Virus record (IMG/VR): IMGVR_UViG_3300021124_000031 | Coordinates: 1-25,437 of that record | Source of the DNA: a virus | Taxonomy: Duplodnaviria; Caudoviricetes | DNA length: 25,437 bases | Strand: one strand, 5' to 3' | Shown here: positions 9,755 through 18,019 of the stretch, one piece after another | Layout of the letters: each line of letters starts with the position of its first letter | How positions within the stretch are numbered: position 1 is the stretch's first letter | Program-made: the position numbers and the translations under genes | The notes under the pieces: model-generated | What the model was told of the DNA's origin: nothing | What the model saw: only the letters and a program-made list of their open reading frames with translations | The model's database searches: none

Positions 9755-10230
9755 TAGTTGCCAAAGCCTATTTGTGAAGGTGAACAATCTGGTCCAACAT
9801 AAGCTGGTCCACTAAGAACTGGGGCTACACCTGCACCGACATAAATTGGTCCAGCTCCAAATATTCTCATCATCTGCCACAATCTAATTCCGTATGTGGA
9901 CATATTCCAATGACCTGCATTGGGATCCATTATTGTAGCAATGTCATAAGTTATTGCTACTTTATCAACAGTTTTGCTACTTGGAATACCTGCTGACATT
10001 GTTCCTGGTATTCCGTTTGCTGAAGCTTCTTTTAGTGATTTTGCTTCTATTGTGATGCAGTGAGCTGTAAAAAGCTCTTGTGCATATATGTATTGGTCTA
10101 AAAATCTATTGACATTCAACATACCAGCAGACAGATTAATATAAAAATTAACCATAGCATTTGGATAAATAGTCGTGCTGCTAAATTCAGAAAAATCAGC
10201 ACGGAATTGTTGAGATGTCAATATACTCAT
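9754..10230 (-). CDS. Head-tail adaptor (DUF4054-like)
   Basis: 158 aa; FRADF.EF.....YP, LFTAH, SKTVDKV...YD, AGHWN.STYG, FGAG. Confidence 0.85.
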   Translation of the reverse strand: MSILTSQQFRADFSEFSSTTIYPNAMVNFYINLSAGMLNVNRFLDQYIYAQELFTAHCITIEAKSLKEASANGIPGTMSAGIPSSKTVDKVAITYDIATIMDPNAGHWNMSTYGIRLWQMMRIFGAGPIYVGAGVAPVLSGPAYVGPDCSPSQIGFGN

Positions 10231-10454
10231 TATAAGCCTCTTTTACGCTTGTCATTTTCCCTTAAAATTTGACTAGCAGAAATTGAACTTGGCAATTTAG
10301 AGTCACTAGACATCGCGTACTCAGTAACGCTATCATTTTGTTTTTTAACTGAGTACGCGATGGCAACAGCCTGTTTTTGCGGTTTACCAGCTTCAATTTC
10401 TTTCTTTACATTGTTACCAAAAGCATTGTTGCTTGCAGACTGTTCTAATGGCAT
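10230..10454 (-). CDS. Small basic head-associated protein (MPL...GKPQKQAVAIAYS type)
   Basis: 74 aa; MPL..S.S..AF..N...EI.AGKPQKQAVAIAYS, a recurrent small phage head-region module; tightly coupled to its neighbours. Confidence 0.7.
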   Translation of the reverse strand: MPLEQSASNNAFGNNVKKEIEAGKPQKQAVAIAYSVKKQNDSVTEYAMSSDSKLPSSISASQILRENDKRKRGL

Positions 10455-10456
10455 GA

Positions 10457-11065
10457 TTATTCACCGATTGATTGCTTAAACTTATCCAAATTTTCTAAGC
10501 TGCTTTCGACAAAATGAATCAAATCATCCAAAAATTCTTCTTGTTCACTGCTTAAATCAACTATGTTTTCAAGTGATTTAACAACTGGAACTAAATTTTT
10601 AATTCCAGTTTCGACTAAAGAAATTTTGTCAAAAGTTAAAGCTGATTTAATAGAGTTTTCTTCAACTTTGCCAATTACTTTTATGCCTTGAGAAATGGCA
10701 TACCAATGTTTTGCAACCCAACTTGGAACTGTTGATTCGCCAATTTCAATGACTTGATGACCGCCTTCTTTCTTATCAACAAAGAATTTATTTTTTGAAT
10801 AAATCACAATCATTTCAACAGCTTGTTCAACAATTTGCTCAACGGCTTGTTTAACAGTTTCTTGATTTTCTTCAGCCTGTTGAGTTTTTACTTCATCAGG
10901 TTTTTGGTCAGGTTGATCAACAGTTTTTTCAACTTCTGGAACATCCCATGGTTTTGCTGGGTCAACTGAATCAACTAAAACGTCACCAGGTTGAATTTGC
11001 TCTGGTGATATTTCAACAATTTCATCTTGTTGCGTTGCAGGATTTTGTCTTTTAACTTTAGCCAT
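10457..11065 (-). CDS. Head-region protein with acidic N-terminus and VAxHWY domain (STY1053-like)
   Basis: 202 aa immediately after the capsid gene; F......G.....IG...VP.WVAKHWY motif. Confidence 0.6.
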   Translation of the reverse strand: MAKVKRQNPATQQDEIVEISPEQIQPGDVLVDSVDPAKPWDVPEVEKTVDQPDQKPDEVKTQQAEENQETVKQAVEQIVEQAVEMIVIYSKNKFFVDKKEGGHQVIEIGESTVPSWVAKHWYAISQGIKVIGKVEENSIKSALTFDKISLVETGIKNLVPVVKSLENIVDLSSEQEEFLDDLIHFVESSLENLDKFKQSIGE

Positions 11066-11076
11066 GATTAGAATCC

Positions 11077-12288
11077 TTAAATTCCGTCAAAATAACCAAT
11101 GCTTTCTGGATAGATTGGTTCAACTTGACCTAATTTGCAGAAGTAAGTAGATTTATGCCAAATACTATCAAATTGCACTGGAGTTCTTTGTAACAGTGTC
11201 ATTGGATAACGAACTAAGTCTTGACGTTTAGTATAAACAACCATACGGTCAAAACCACCATTACCAAGAGCAGTAGACAGACCAGAAAAACCACCAGCAC
11301 CTTGTAACCATTTGCATGGTTCGATACTTAATTTTTTACCAGTACGTTTAGCAATTAAATTGTTTTCCAAGATGTAATCCAAAAGTGATTGGTTACCAGC
11401 TTGTGAAACTATTGTAAATGCTAAGTAAGCATATTGAACAGGTGGTATCAAAATGTTTTCAGGCACAACTGCCCAAGCTGTATTTGCCCAAACAGTAGAA
11501 AGAGCTGTACTAAAATCTAGCAAGATTTCTTGTGGTGATTTTTTAGCCCATTGTGTAAAGCCTGAGTAACCTAGACCAACTGAAGTTTGAATACCACCAG
11601 AAGTGGAAACTAATGGATTGTTAAGTAACCCGTAAGCGTTAATGCTACTGTCACCAACATAAACCATTTGGTCAATCGACATTTGATGTTGAAGTTTCAA
11701 ACCTTCAAATTTTTGCGTGTCAATAGGGCGACCTAAACGAGCAGCCGATTCCAATTCAAGAATTGTATAGTGAACTTCCATACCCCATGCGGTTAATGGG
11801 TATGTCACTTTTGCAATGTCTACTGATACAGATGGAACTTGACTTGCTCTTTTGTCAATCCATTGTAAGCCAGATGCAGCGTTGATTGCTGCTGAACCTA
11901 AACCACTATTTGAACTAAATGAACTTAGAGAAAATGATGATACATCATCACCTAAAGTTACATCTTCACGTAAGTCAATGTCTCGACTCCAAGACAAATC
12001 GACCAAAGGCATGTGCATTTTAAGGTCGAGTCTTTCCAACTCGCCAACTAAAAATGCGCCGGTACTGTCAACAGTACGATAGCCTACTGCATCTTGATTA
12101 ATAGCTCCGTCACGTGTTTTGTAACTTTGTACGCGATAGCTTTGATCAAAGACTTTACCAGGGTGGATGCCACCATTGTAAGAACTTAAATTAACTGCAT
12201 CTAAAATATTCATAGATGCAGCAGTTACACCATCCAACGTTCTTTGTTTGATTATTGAATTAAAATTGTGAAATTGACTTGGTTTCAT
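11077..12288 (-). CDS. Major capsid protein (DUF2184-like, HK97 fold)
   Basis: 403 aa; DSTGAFLVGELERLD...PL....WSRDI.LREDV, GRPID.QK, D.MVYVGD, GLLN, DRMV.Y, Y.DGI C-terminus. Confidence 0.93.
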   Translation of the reverse strand: MKPSQFHNFNSIIKQRTLDGVTAASMNILDAVNLSSYNGGIHPGKVFDQSYRVQSYKTRDGAINQDAVGYRTVDSTGAFLVGELERLDLKMHMPLVDLSWSRDIDLREDVTLGDDVSSFSLSSFSSNSGLGSAAINAASGLQWIDKRASQVPSVSVDIAKVTYPLTAWGMEVHYTILELESAARLGRPIDTQKFEGLKLQHQMSIDQMVYVGDSSINAYGLLNNPLVSTSGGIQTSVGLGYSGFTQWAKKSPQEILLDFSTALSTVWANTAWAVVPENILIPPVQYAYLAFTIVSQAGNQSLLDYILENNLIAKRTGKKLSIEPCKWLQGAGGFSGLSTALGNGGFDRMVVYTKRQDLVRYPMTLLQRTPVQFDSIWHKSTYFCKLGQVEPIYPESIGYFDGI

Positions 12289-12298
12289 GTATCACCTA

Positions 12299-12862
12299 TT
12301 AAAGATTAAATGCTAATTCAGCATTGCCGTTTGCGTCTACGCCAGACAGCCACTTAGCATTTGCCACCAAAATAGTGTTGCTAAGAGAATAAGCAGATTC
12401 AAAACTGCCTTGAACATGCCCTGAGCCAGTTGCATTATTCCAAATGTAAACAGCACCGCCAGGAATAGGATTAGCACCGGCAGGTAAAGTAACAATAATG
12501 CTACCACTTGTAATAATGCCTAATGGGAAAGCAGTTGGCAATGATTGATTGCCGATTGCTATTGCACCAAAGTTTTGTGATGTTGTTTGTTGTTGAATCG
12601 GGAATTCACGAACAGTAATACCATCAAGAGAAACAGCACCGGAAATGCCATTATAAGGAAAAGTTCCAGAAGCAATAGCAGTGGTGCCATCAGCAGTAAT
12701 AATCTGCCTAACTTTACCAACTGAACTGTAAATTACACCTTGACCTGGTAGAGTTGGTGGATTAGTAGGGTCAGCCTGTTTAGGCATGACTGGTGCTGGA
12801 TGAGTTCTGGTTATATCACCCGCCCATCCTTGATTCATACGGAATTGAATGTTATTTGACAT
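12299..12862 (-). CDS. Capsid decoration / cement protein
   Basis: 187 aa; RM..G.AGDITR, GI.VR.FP, GG.VY, DANGNAELAFNL; between protease-scaffold and capsid. Confidence 0.8.
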   Translation of the reverse strand: MSNNIQFRMNQGWAGDITRTHPAPVMPKQADPTNPPTLPGQGVIYSSVGKVRQIITADGTTAIASGTFPYNGISGAVSLDGITVREFPIQQQTTSQNFGAIAIGNQSLPTAFPLGIITSGSIIVTLPAGANPIPGGAVYIWNNATGSGHVQGSFESAYSLSNTILVANAKWLSGVDANGNAELAFNL

Positions 12863-14271
12863 TATTTTTTACTCCATCTTTGACGGTTAAATTCATTCAA
12901 CTCTCTAATTGATGGTTGACGCTGAATCTCATTACTTGGAACTGTTAAGTGGTCTTTTACACGAACACTTGAACGGTTTTCATTGCGTTTTGACAAAGCA
13001 ACAGCTGTGAATAATTGTCTTGCAGCGGAACATGACATTCTATCAAGATTTAATTCTTTACCGCTATTCAGTTCAAAAACTAAACCAGCACTGTCATTTG
13101 TACTTGCAATTTTCAACGCTTTTTTACGCAAATTGCAGATTGATTTAGCTGTTTTTATTGCAGCAGCAGAAGCATCAGCAGTTGGCATTGAAATACCAGG
13201 GGCAATAATTTCAGCCATAGCCATAGTGTTAATTAAAGAATCTACCAAATAGCGAGAGTCCTTAGTTTTCTTTACTTCTTCCAAATCAACGTCATCAGGA
13301 GCTTCATCTTCTAAGAACTTTTCAAGTTCTTCACCACCATCAATGGTTTCTTCTTGAGAACTTCCACCACCAAGATGTTTTTCAATAGCTTCTAATCGTT
13401 TACGAAAATCTGCATGTTCAGCTGAATTTTGATCAATATGTTGTTGAATGGCATCATCATTAAATCTTGCACGTTGATTGTCACCAGGAATATCAGAACC
13501 TTTTTGCGGGTCTTTTAAATGAACAGCATTTGGGTCTGTTTCAGCTGCGCCTTCATCTTTAATTGGCTCAGGTGAAGATTTATTAGCTGCTTGCCATTCT
13601 TCTTCAGCAGCGTCTAAAATTTCTTCAAATTCTTCAGCATCACCCGTTCTAAAAGCATCACGGAACAACTGCCGTAAAGTTCTTGGCATTTGTGGTTTTG
13701 GCATTTTTCTACCCTCTTTTGTTTTAACAGTTTGTTTATCACGTATTGAACAAGATTTACCACATCTGCCTCTTTCAACAAGTGCAATATGGTTTATAAT
13801 CATATTTGTTTGAACAGCACTACCAACTTTGTTTGGATTTTCTATGTATTTTGCTTCATATCCTAAGCTAATTTCAACTAAGTCTTTTTCAATTTGTTCA
13901 ATTCCATACTCATCTTGGATTATTAAATCCATCAACATATATTCGGAATCGACACCAAAGCCTTGACGACAATTTAAAGAAGTGCCAATTGAAATTTCTT
14001 TCCAATTTGATGGGTCAACATCGTTTTCTGGGTGAGCTATCGTTACACTTTTGCCAACTCCAGATTCAAGAGTTATTTTATCAAATAAAGTTTCAGAATC
14101 ACGATAAATTCTAATAATACCATTTGCTGCTGGTTTAATAGGTACTTCTCCAGCAGCATAAAGCATTTCACCCGTTCTAGCGACCCTAACATCACGACAT
14201 AATAAGAAGCCTTCGTGAGTTCTTTCTCTTTTTGAACCGTTGAAATCAGACTTAAAATATGAATTTGCCAT
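12862..14271 (-). CDS. Prohead protease-scaffold (DUF2213-like)
   Basis: 469 aa; EGFLLC.DV..ARTG...Y, VTI.HP, NW......G, EISLGY, NHIALVERGRCG..C.I.D, followed by an acidic coiled scaffold-like half. Confidence 0.88.
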   Translation of the reverse strand: MANSYFKSDFNGSKRERTHEGFLLCRDVRVARTGEMLYAAGEVPIKPAANGIIRIYRDSETLFDKITLESGVGKSVTIAHPENDVDPSNWKEISIGTSLNCRQGFGVDSEYMLMDLIIQDEYGIEQIEKDLVEISLGYEAKYIENPNKVGSAVQTNMIINHIALVERGRCGKSCSIRDKQTVKTKEGRKMPKPQMPRTLRQLFRDAFRTGDAEEFEEILDAAEEEWQAANKSSPEPIKDEGAAETDPNAVHLKDPQKGSDIPGDNQRARFNDDAIQQHIDQNSAEHADFRKRLEAIEKHLGGGSSQEETIDGGEELEKFLEDEAPDDVDLEEVKKTKDSRYLVDSLINTMAMAEIIAPGISMPTADASAAAIKTAKSICNLRKKALKIASTNDSAGLVFELNSGKELNLDRMSCSAARQLFTAVALSKRNENRSSVRVKDHLTVPSNEIQRQPSIRELNEFNRQRWSKK

Positions 14272-14277
14272 AAAAAA

Positions 14278-15606
14278 TTAGTATTCAGTCCATTCGATTG
14301 CGCCATAACCAGTGCTGTTAGCAAAAGATCCACCACCAGTTATATATAGACATTGGTTAACACCACGCAATGTAACTTCTTTTGCAAAGTTTCTGCTTTG
14401 AGCACCAAAGTCCCAAGACAATGGTGGCACACCAAGAGCAGCAGCAACAGGAGCATTTAAGACACCTGAGCGAATATTGCCGACAGAAGTTCCAACAGTT
14501 GGTCCAGTTCCAGTATAAGTCGTTACCGTTGCGGTAGGCAAAGAACCATAAAAAGTTCCAGCGGTATTAACAATGCCAGATGTTATTGTTGCACCATTAT
14601 AAACAAAGTTAGATGTTAAAACAGTACCGCCAGAGCCAGTAACAGTCACACCATTGTAAGTAAACGTCTGACCAACTGCCGGAGAAGAACCAGCACCAAT
14701 AGCACTAAAATTTGTTGTTCCCAATGCTGTTATGATATAGTTCGTACCGTTTACTAACGAACCAATTGATGTTGCAGTGGCACCTAAACTTGTCCAAGTT
14801 GTTGTGCCAAGCGTCATTATGGTATAAGTATTACCAGTAATGAGTGGTGATGATGTTGATAAAGTAAACTGATTTGTATCATTTAAATCAGATGCAATGC
14901 CAACAACATTTGATGGTGTACCACCCGTATCAACAGTGCTTCTTAATACCATTCTTACATATTTTGAAGCCGATGCTGAACTGTTTGTAGCATTAAATTC
15001 AATATGTGAAATTGATACTGTTCTTGTAGCAGAACCGCAAATGCCAAAATAATCAGTTGTAGAAGTTAATGCCAAACCACCAAAATCAGCGTGATAGGTT
15101 TGTCGAGTACCCATAAATGTGGCATCGAAATAATCATCCAAGCCTTCACTGACACTAGCATTTACTGTTCCAGTAGATAATGACGTTACATTGACATAAA
15201 ATGCGCTTGCACCGGACACGTTCACGGAATACATACCAGGTGTGGTAATTGTATTCGCAAATTGACCTTGGTTAGTTGTTACTGGTGCTTGAACCCAATT
15301 GTAATTTGATAATTGGGTTGATTGAGTTGCCTGACCACTGTCAGATGTAACGTAAACAGTTGCGACTAGACCTTGAAAAACACCAGATACGTTAATTCTG
15401 GCATTTGCATCGTTTCCATAAACTTGATATGGACCAAAAACGCCAGTTGTTGACAAAGAAGCCGTTGCTGATGTATTTGATGGTATAAATGTTGGATTTG
15501 AGAATGGAACTATTACCGGATTACCGATAGCTAGTACAATCTGACAAAATAACGTCAGAACAGCTCCAAACAAAATATTAGTATGTCTTTTCATTGCTAA
15601 TCCCAT
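14278..15606 (-). CDS. Thr/Gly/Ser-rich beta protein with signal-peptide-like N-terminus (putative virion appendage)
   Basis: 442 aa; MKRHTNILFGAVLTLFCQIVLA leader; ends ...IEWTEY; similar to 16309..17121. Confidence 0.55.
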   Translation of the reverse strand: MGLAMKRHTNILFGAVLTLFCQIVLAIGNPVIVPFSNPTFIPSNTSATASLSTTGVFGPYQVYGNDANARINVSGVFQGLVATVYVTSDSGQATQSTQLSNYNWVQAPVTTNQGQFANTITTPGMYSVNVSGASAFYVNVTSLSTGTVNASVSEGLDDYFDATFMGTRQTYHADFGGLALTSTTDYFGICGSATRTVSISHIEFNATNSSASASKYVRMVLRSTVDTGGTPSNVVGIASDLNDTNQFTLSTSSPLITGNTYTIMTLGTTTWTSLGATATSIGSLVNGTNYIITALGTTNFSAIGAGSSPAVGQTFTYNGVTVTGSGGTVLTSNFVYNGATITSGIVNTAGTFYGSLPTATVTTYTGTGPTVGTSVGNIRSGVLNAPVAAALGVPPLSWDFGAQSRNFAKEVTLRGVNQCLYITGGGSFANSTGYGAIEWTEY

Positions 15607-15659
15607 GATTTTAATAAGCTTGGTTAATTATAAGCGCAATTTTTTAATTACGCTTATTT

Positions 15660-16124
15660 TTATTTGTTAATTTGCGAAACTGTGTTAGAAGCATTTACTA
15701 AATTTGCTATGGCAGCTGTGGCTGGTGCTGTATATGGTATTAGTTTGCTATTGTTGGTTAGCTTTAGACCTAATGAAGCTGCATTGGTTATTGTATTTGC
15801 AACGTCTTGTGTGATTCCAGAATTTGCCACAATAGATTGCTGCAAAGCAATTATTGCAGATGCTCCAGCATCATTTAATGGTATTAATTCACCATTACCG
15901 GACATTGCCAAGCCTAAATCAACTGTCTTTTCAATTGTTGGTTCAATTACAGTTAAAAGAATTGGGTTGATTTTTTGCAAATCTGTTTGAACAGTTGCAT
16001 TAAATTTTTCAATGTCTGCAATAATTGTTGGAGTTCCTTTTGCTGGAGTCAAAGTACATCCGACCATTGCTGACATTGAAACTGCTGAAAATAAAATAAA
16101 ACTGGTATAAAAAGTTTTTTTCAT
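15660..16124 (-). CDS. Predicted lipoprotein
   Basis: 154 aa; MKK + hydrophobic stretch + AMVG-C lipobox-like site; Ala-rich helical body. Confidence 0.6.
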   Translation of the reverse strand: MKKTFYTSFILFSAVSMSAMVGCTLTPAKGTPTIIADIEKFNATVQTDLQKINPILLTVIEPTIEKTVDLGLAMSGNGELIPLNDAGASAIIALQQSIVANSGITQDVANTITNAASLGLKLTNNSKLIPYTAPATAAIANLVNASNTVSQINK

Positions 16125-16307
16125 TTAAGAGCCTAAAGTTGGTTTGTTGTCGTCATGTACAATGCCCATTCCACCAGCAACAGCAGAGCCAATGCCAATG
16201 ACTGGAACTGGGTCTTTTCCGATAAAATAGCACACCAGCGCGGCTAATCCTGTTACTAACCAGATTATTCCACGAATGGTCGATGGTTGATTTACATTAA
16301 TGTTCAT
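16125..16307 (-). CDS. Small two-TM membrane protein, holin-like
   Basis: 60 aa; QPSTIRGIIWL (PST.RG motif common in small phage holin-like proteins) and two hydrophobic segments. Confidence 0.6.
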   Translation of the reverse strand: MNINVNQPSTIRGIIWLVTGLAALVCYFIGKDPVPVIGIGSAVAGGMGIVHDDNKPTLGS

Positions 16308-16308
16308 A

Positions 16309-17121
16309 TTATTCCTCTGTCCAAGATATTAACGCATAAAGTGAAACACCTGCTGGCGTTCCAGTCCAACTACCTGCCAAACCGATAGCAAGTGATTCAC
16401 CAGAATGTAAAACTATCATCTGGTCATTTCTAACTCCAAAATCTTCAATCCAAACTGGAGCTGGATAGCCAGCCGTTCCTGAGTTTGGAACTATATAATG
16501 GTCACCACGCAATAATAGTCTATTGTTTCCTAATGAAACTGGACTATTAGAGAAGCTGTAAACTAATGAATGTGCAGATTCATTCGCTATACAAGTTCCT
16601 GAACTTGGAGAAACTGCGCTGGCAATAAAGTTTAATCCAATCGTGTTAGAAGCAGCACCCATATTGGTGCAGCCAGTTGACGTTGATTTAATTTGATAAC
16701 TTTGACCTATTACAAAGCCTGAACTTGAATGTAAAATTGGGTTTGGATAAAAGTTATCATGTTGAACTGGAATTTGTTGTGTTGCATAACTTGTTGTAGC
16801 ATCAGCGCCAGTCTGTTTGTAAACATAAAAATCGACTGCTCCAGTTGCTGAGGCATCAGCAGTTATTTGAATTCTGTTTATTCTGACCAACTTATCCGTT
16901 GGTGCTGTTATTGTTAAGAAATCAGTTTGACCAGATGTAACTGATAAATCAGCAATTTGAACAGAATATGTTTTGTTTGCATAATTAGGGTCAATAGATA
17001 AGCCGATAGCATTAACCGCTAAAGCATTTTTTGGTATTGTGGCAACACAAATTGCCAATAAAAACATTAAAGCCATTCCAAATAGGGCAGCAAATATTTT
17101 TTCGTTCACTTTTCTTATCAT
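16309..17121 (-). CDS. Beta-rich protein with signal-peptide/TM N-terminus; paralog of 14278..15606
   Basis: 270 aa; hydrophobic N-terminus ending NALA; TY......L......TDF..I......V.I..I, DFG and a WTEE C-terminus shared with the 442-aa protein. Confidence 0.55.
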   Translation of the reverse strand: MIRKVNEKIFAALFGMALMFLLAICVATIPKNALAVNAIGLSIDPNYANKTYSVQIADLSVTSGQTDFLTITAPTDKLVRINRIQITADASATGAVDFYVYKQTGADATTSYATQQIPVQHDNFYPNPILHSSSGFVIGQSYQIKSTSTGCTNMGAASNTIGLNFIASAVSPSSGTCIANESAHSLVYSFSNSPVSLGNNRLLLRGDHYIVPNSGTAGYPAPVWIEDFGVRNDQMIVLHSGESLAIGLAGSWTGTPAGVSLYALISWTEE

Positions 17122-17246
17122 TTTTCCACCTTTGAAAATACTGATATATTATTTGAATGTTTAAAACCATTGTCTATGTAATTTAACGTATAAGATAATA
17201 CAATAAACAATGCAATTTCTAAAATTGTTTTGATAATTTCTTTCAT
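17118..17246 (-). CDS. 42-aa single-TM microprotein
   Basis: Hand translation MKEIIKTILEIALFIVLSYTLNYIDNGFKHSNNISVFSKVEK*; ATGA overlaps with both the upstream and downstream genes. Confidence 0.65.
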   Translation of the reverse strand: MKEIIKTILEIALFIVLSYTLNYIDNGFKHSNNISVFSKVEK

Positions 17247-18019
17247 TGTAAGTCGTCCAAAATAGGCTCTATGTAACAACGACAATTCCAAATGCACCCC
17301 GCGTGATAAGGTTCAACTTTTTCATCTACTTTTGGAGGGTCATTAAATGCTATTATTTTTCCATCCATTTTTTTGTGAGAATCTCTCACATTGCTATCTC
17401 TGGATGTTCTCCAATAATAATGAGTGCAGCCAATGCTTTCAGACCTAGCAATAGTCAATGCACTTGCAGTTCTGGCAATTTCAGTTCTGGCAATTAATAC
17501 CGCTCTTTTTTCGGTTATCCTTCCAGTTTCTAGTATTCTACCAGCAATTTCATCTGCTCTAGCTCCTTCAGTTATTGCTTCAAGAGTCAATTCATGCACT
17601 CTTTTTGCAGCTTCTAATGGTAAACTTGTTATTAATCTAACTTGTTCACTTAAAAATATTCTTGTTACATTGCCTGTTGGAGCTTCATTAAGTTCTTTTC
17701 TTAACTCTCTACCCATTAATCTTCCAAGTTGAATCCACTCTGTTTCATTAACTTTGTGAACTCTTTGGATTATTTTTTCAGCAGTTGCATTTGCCCATGG
17801 GTTTATTGCTTTGGCATAATCATTTAATAACCACTCTATTCTTTCTGATGAACTTTTTATTTCTTGTTCGCTCATTTCTACATTTATGAGCAGCTTTATT
17901 AGATGGTCAATGTGTCTTGTCAACGTCCTTAGTTGATGTGTATATTCCATTTCAAGAGAACTAGCAATTTCAAAACGTCTTTTAGCAGCTCTCTTTTGTC
18001 TATTATATTGAATAGCCAT
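17243..18019 (-). CDS. Head morphogenesis protein (SPP1 gp7 / MuF family, short form)
   Basis: 258 aa; RA.LIARTE, Y.WRTS.D..VRDSH..MDG, HAG.I.NCRC..EP; follows the portal. Confidence 0.92.
   Translation of the reverse strand: MAIQYNRQKRAAKRRFEIASSLEMEYTHQLRTLTRHIDHLIKLLINVEMSEQEIKSSSERIEWLLNDYAKAINPWANATAEKIIQRVHKVNETEWIQLGRLMGRELRKELNEAPTGNVTRIFLSEQVRLITSLPLEAAKRVHELTLEAITEGARADEIAGRILETGRITEKRAVLIARTEIARTASALTIARSESIGCTHYYWRTSRDSNVRDSHKKMDGKIIAFNDPPKVDEKVEPYHAGCIWNCRCYIEPILDDLQ

Noticed and set aside
14073-14336. Alternate-frame minus ORFs 14073..14336 and 18468..18698
   Set aside because: Almost wholly overlap conserved genes in another frame; no RBS or motif support.
15630-15657. Hairpin ATAAGCGCAATT/AATTACGCTTAT as a terminator of the late operon
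   Set aside because: AT-rich stem with no U-tract on the coding (minus) strand; function unsupported.
15660-16307. Canonical holin-endolysin-spanin cassette
   Set aside because: No endolysin or i-spanin is recognisable here, and the lipoprotein is long and not Pro-rich like typical o-spanins.
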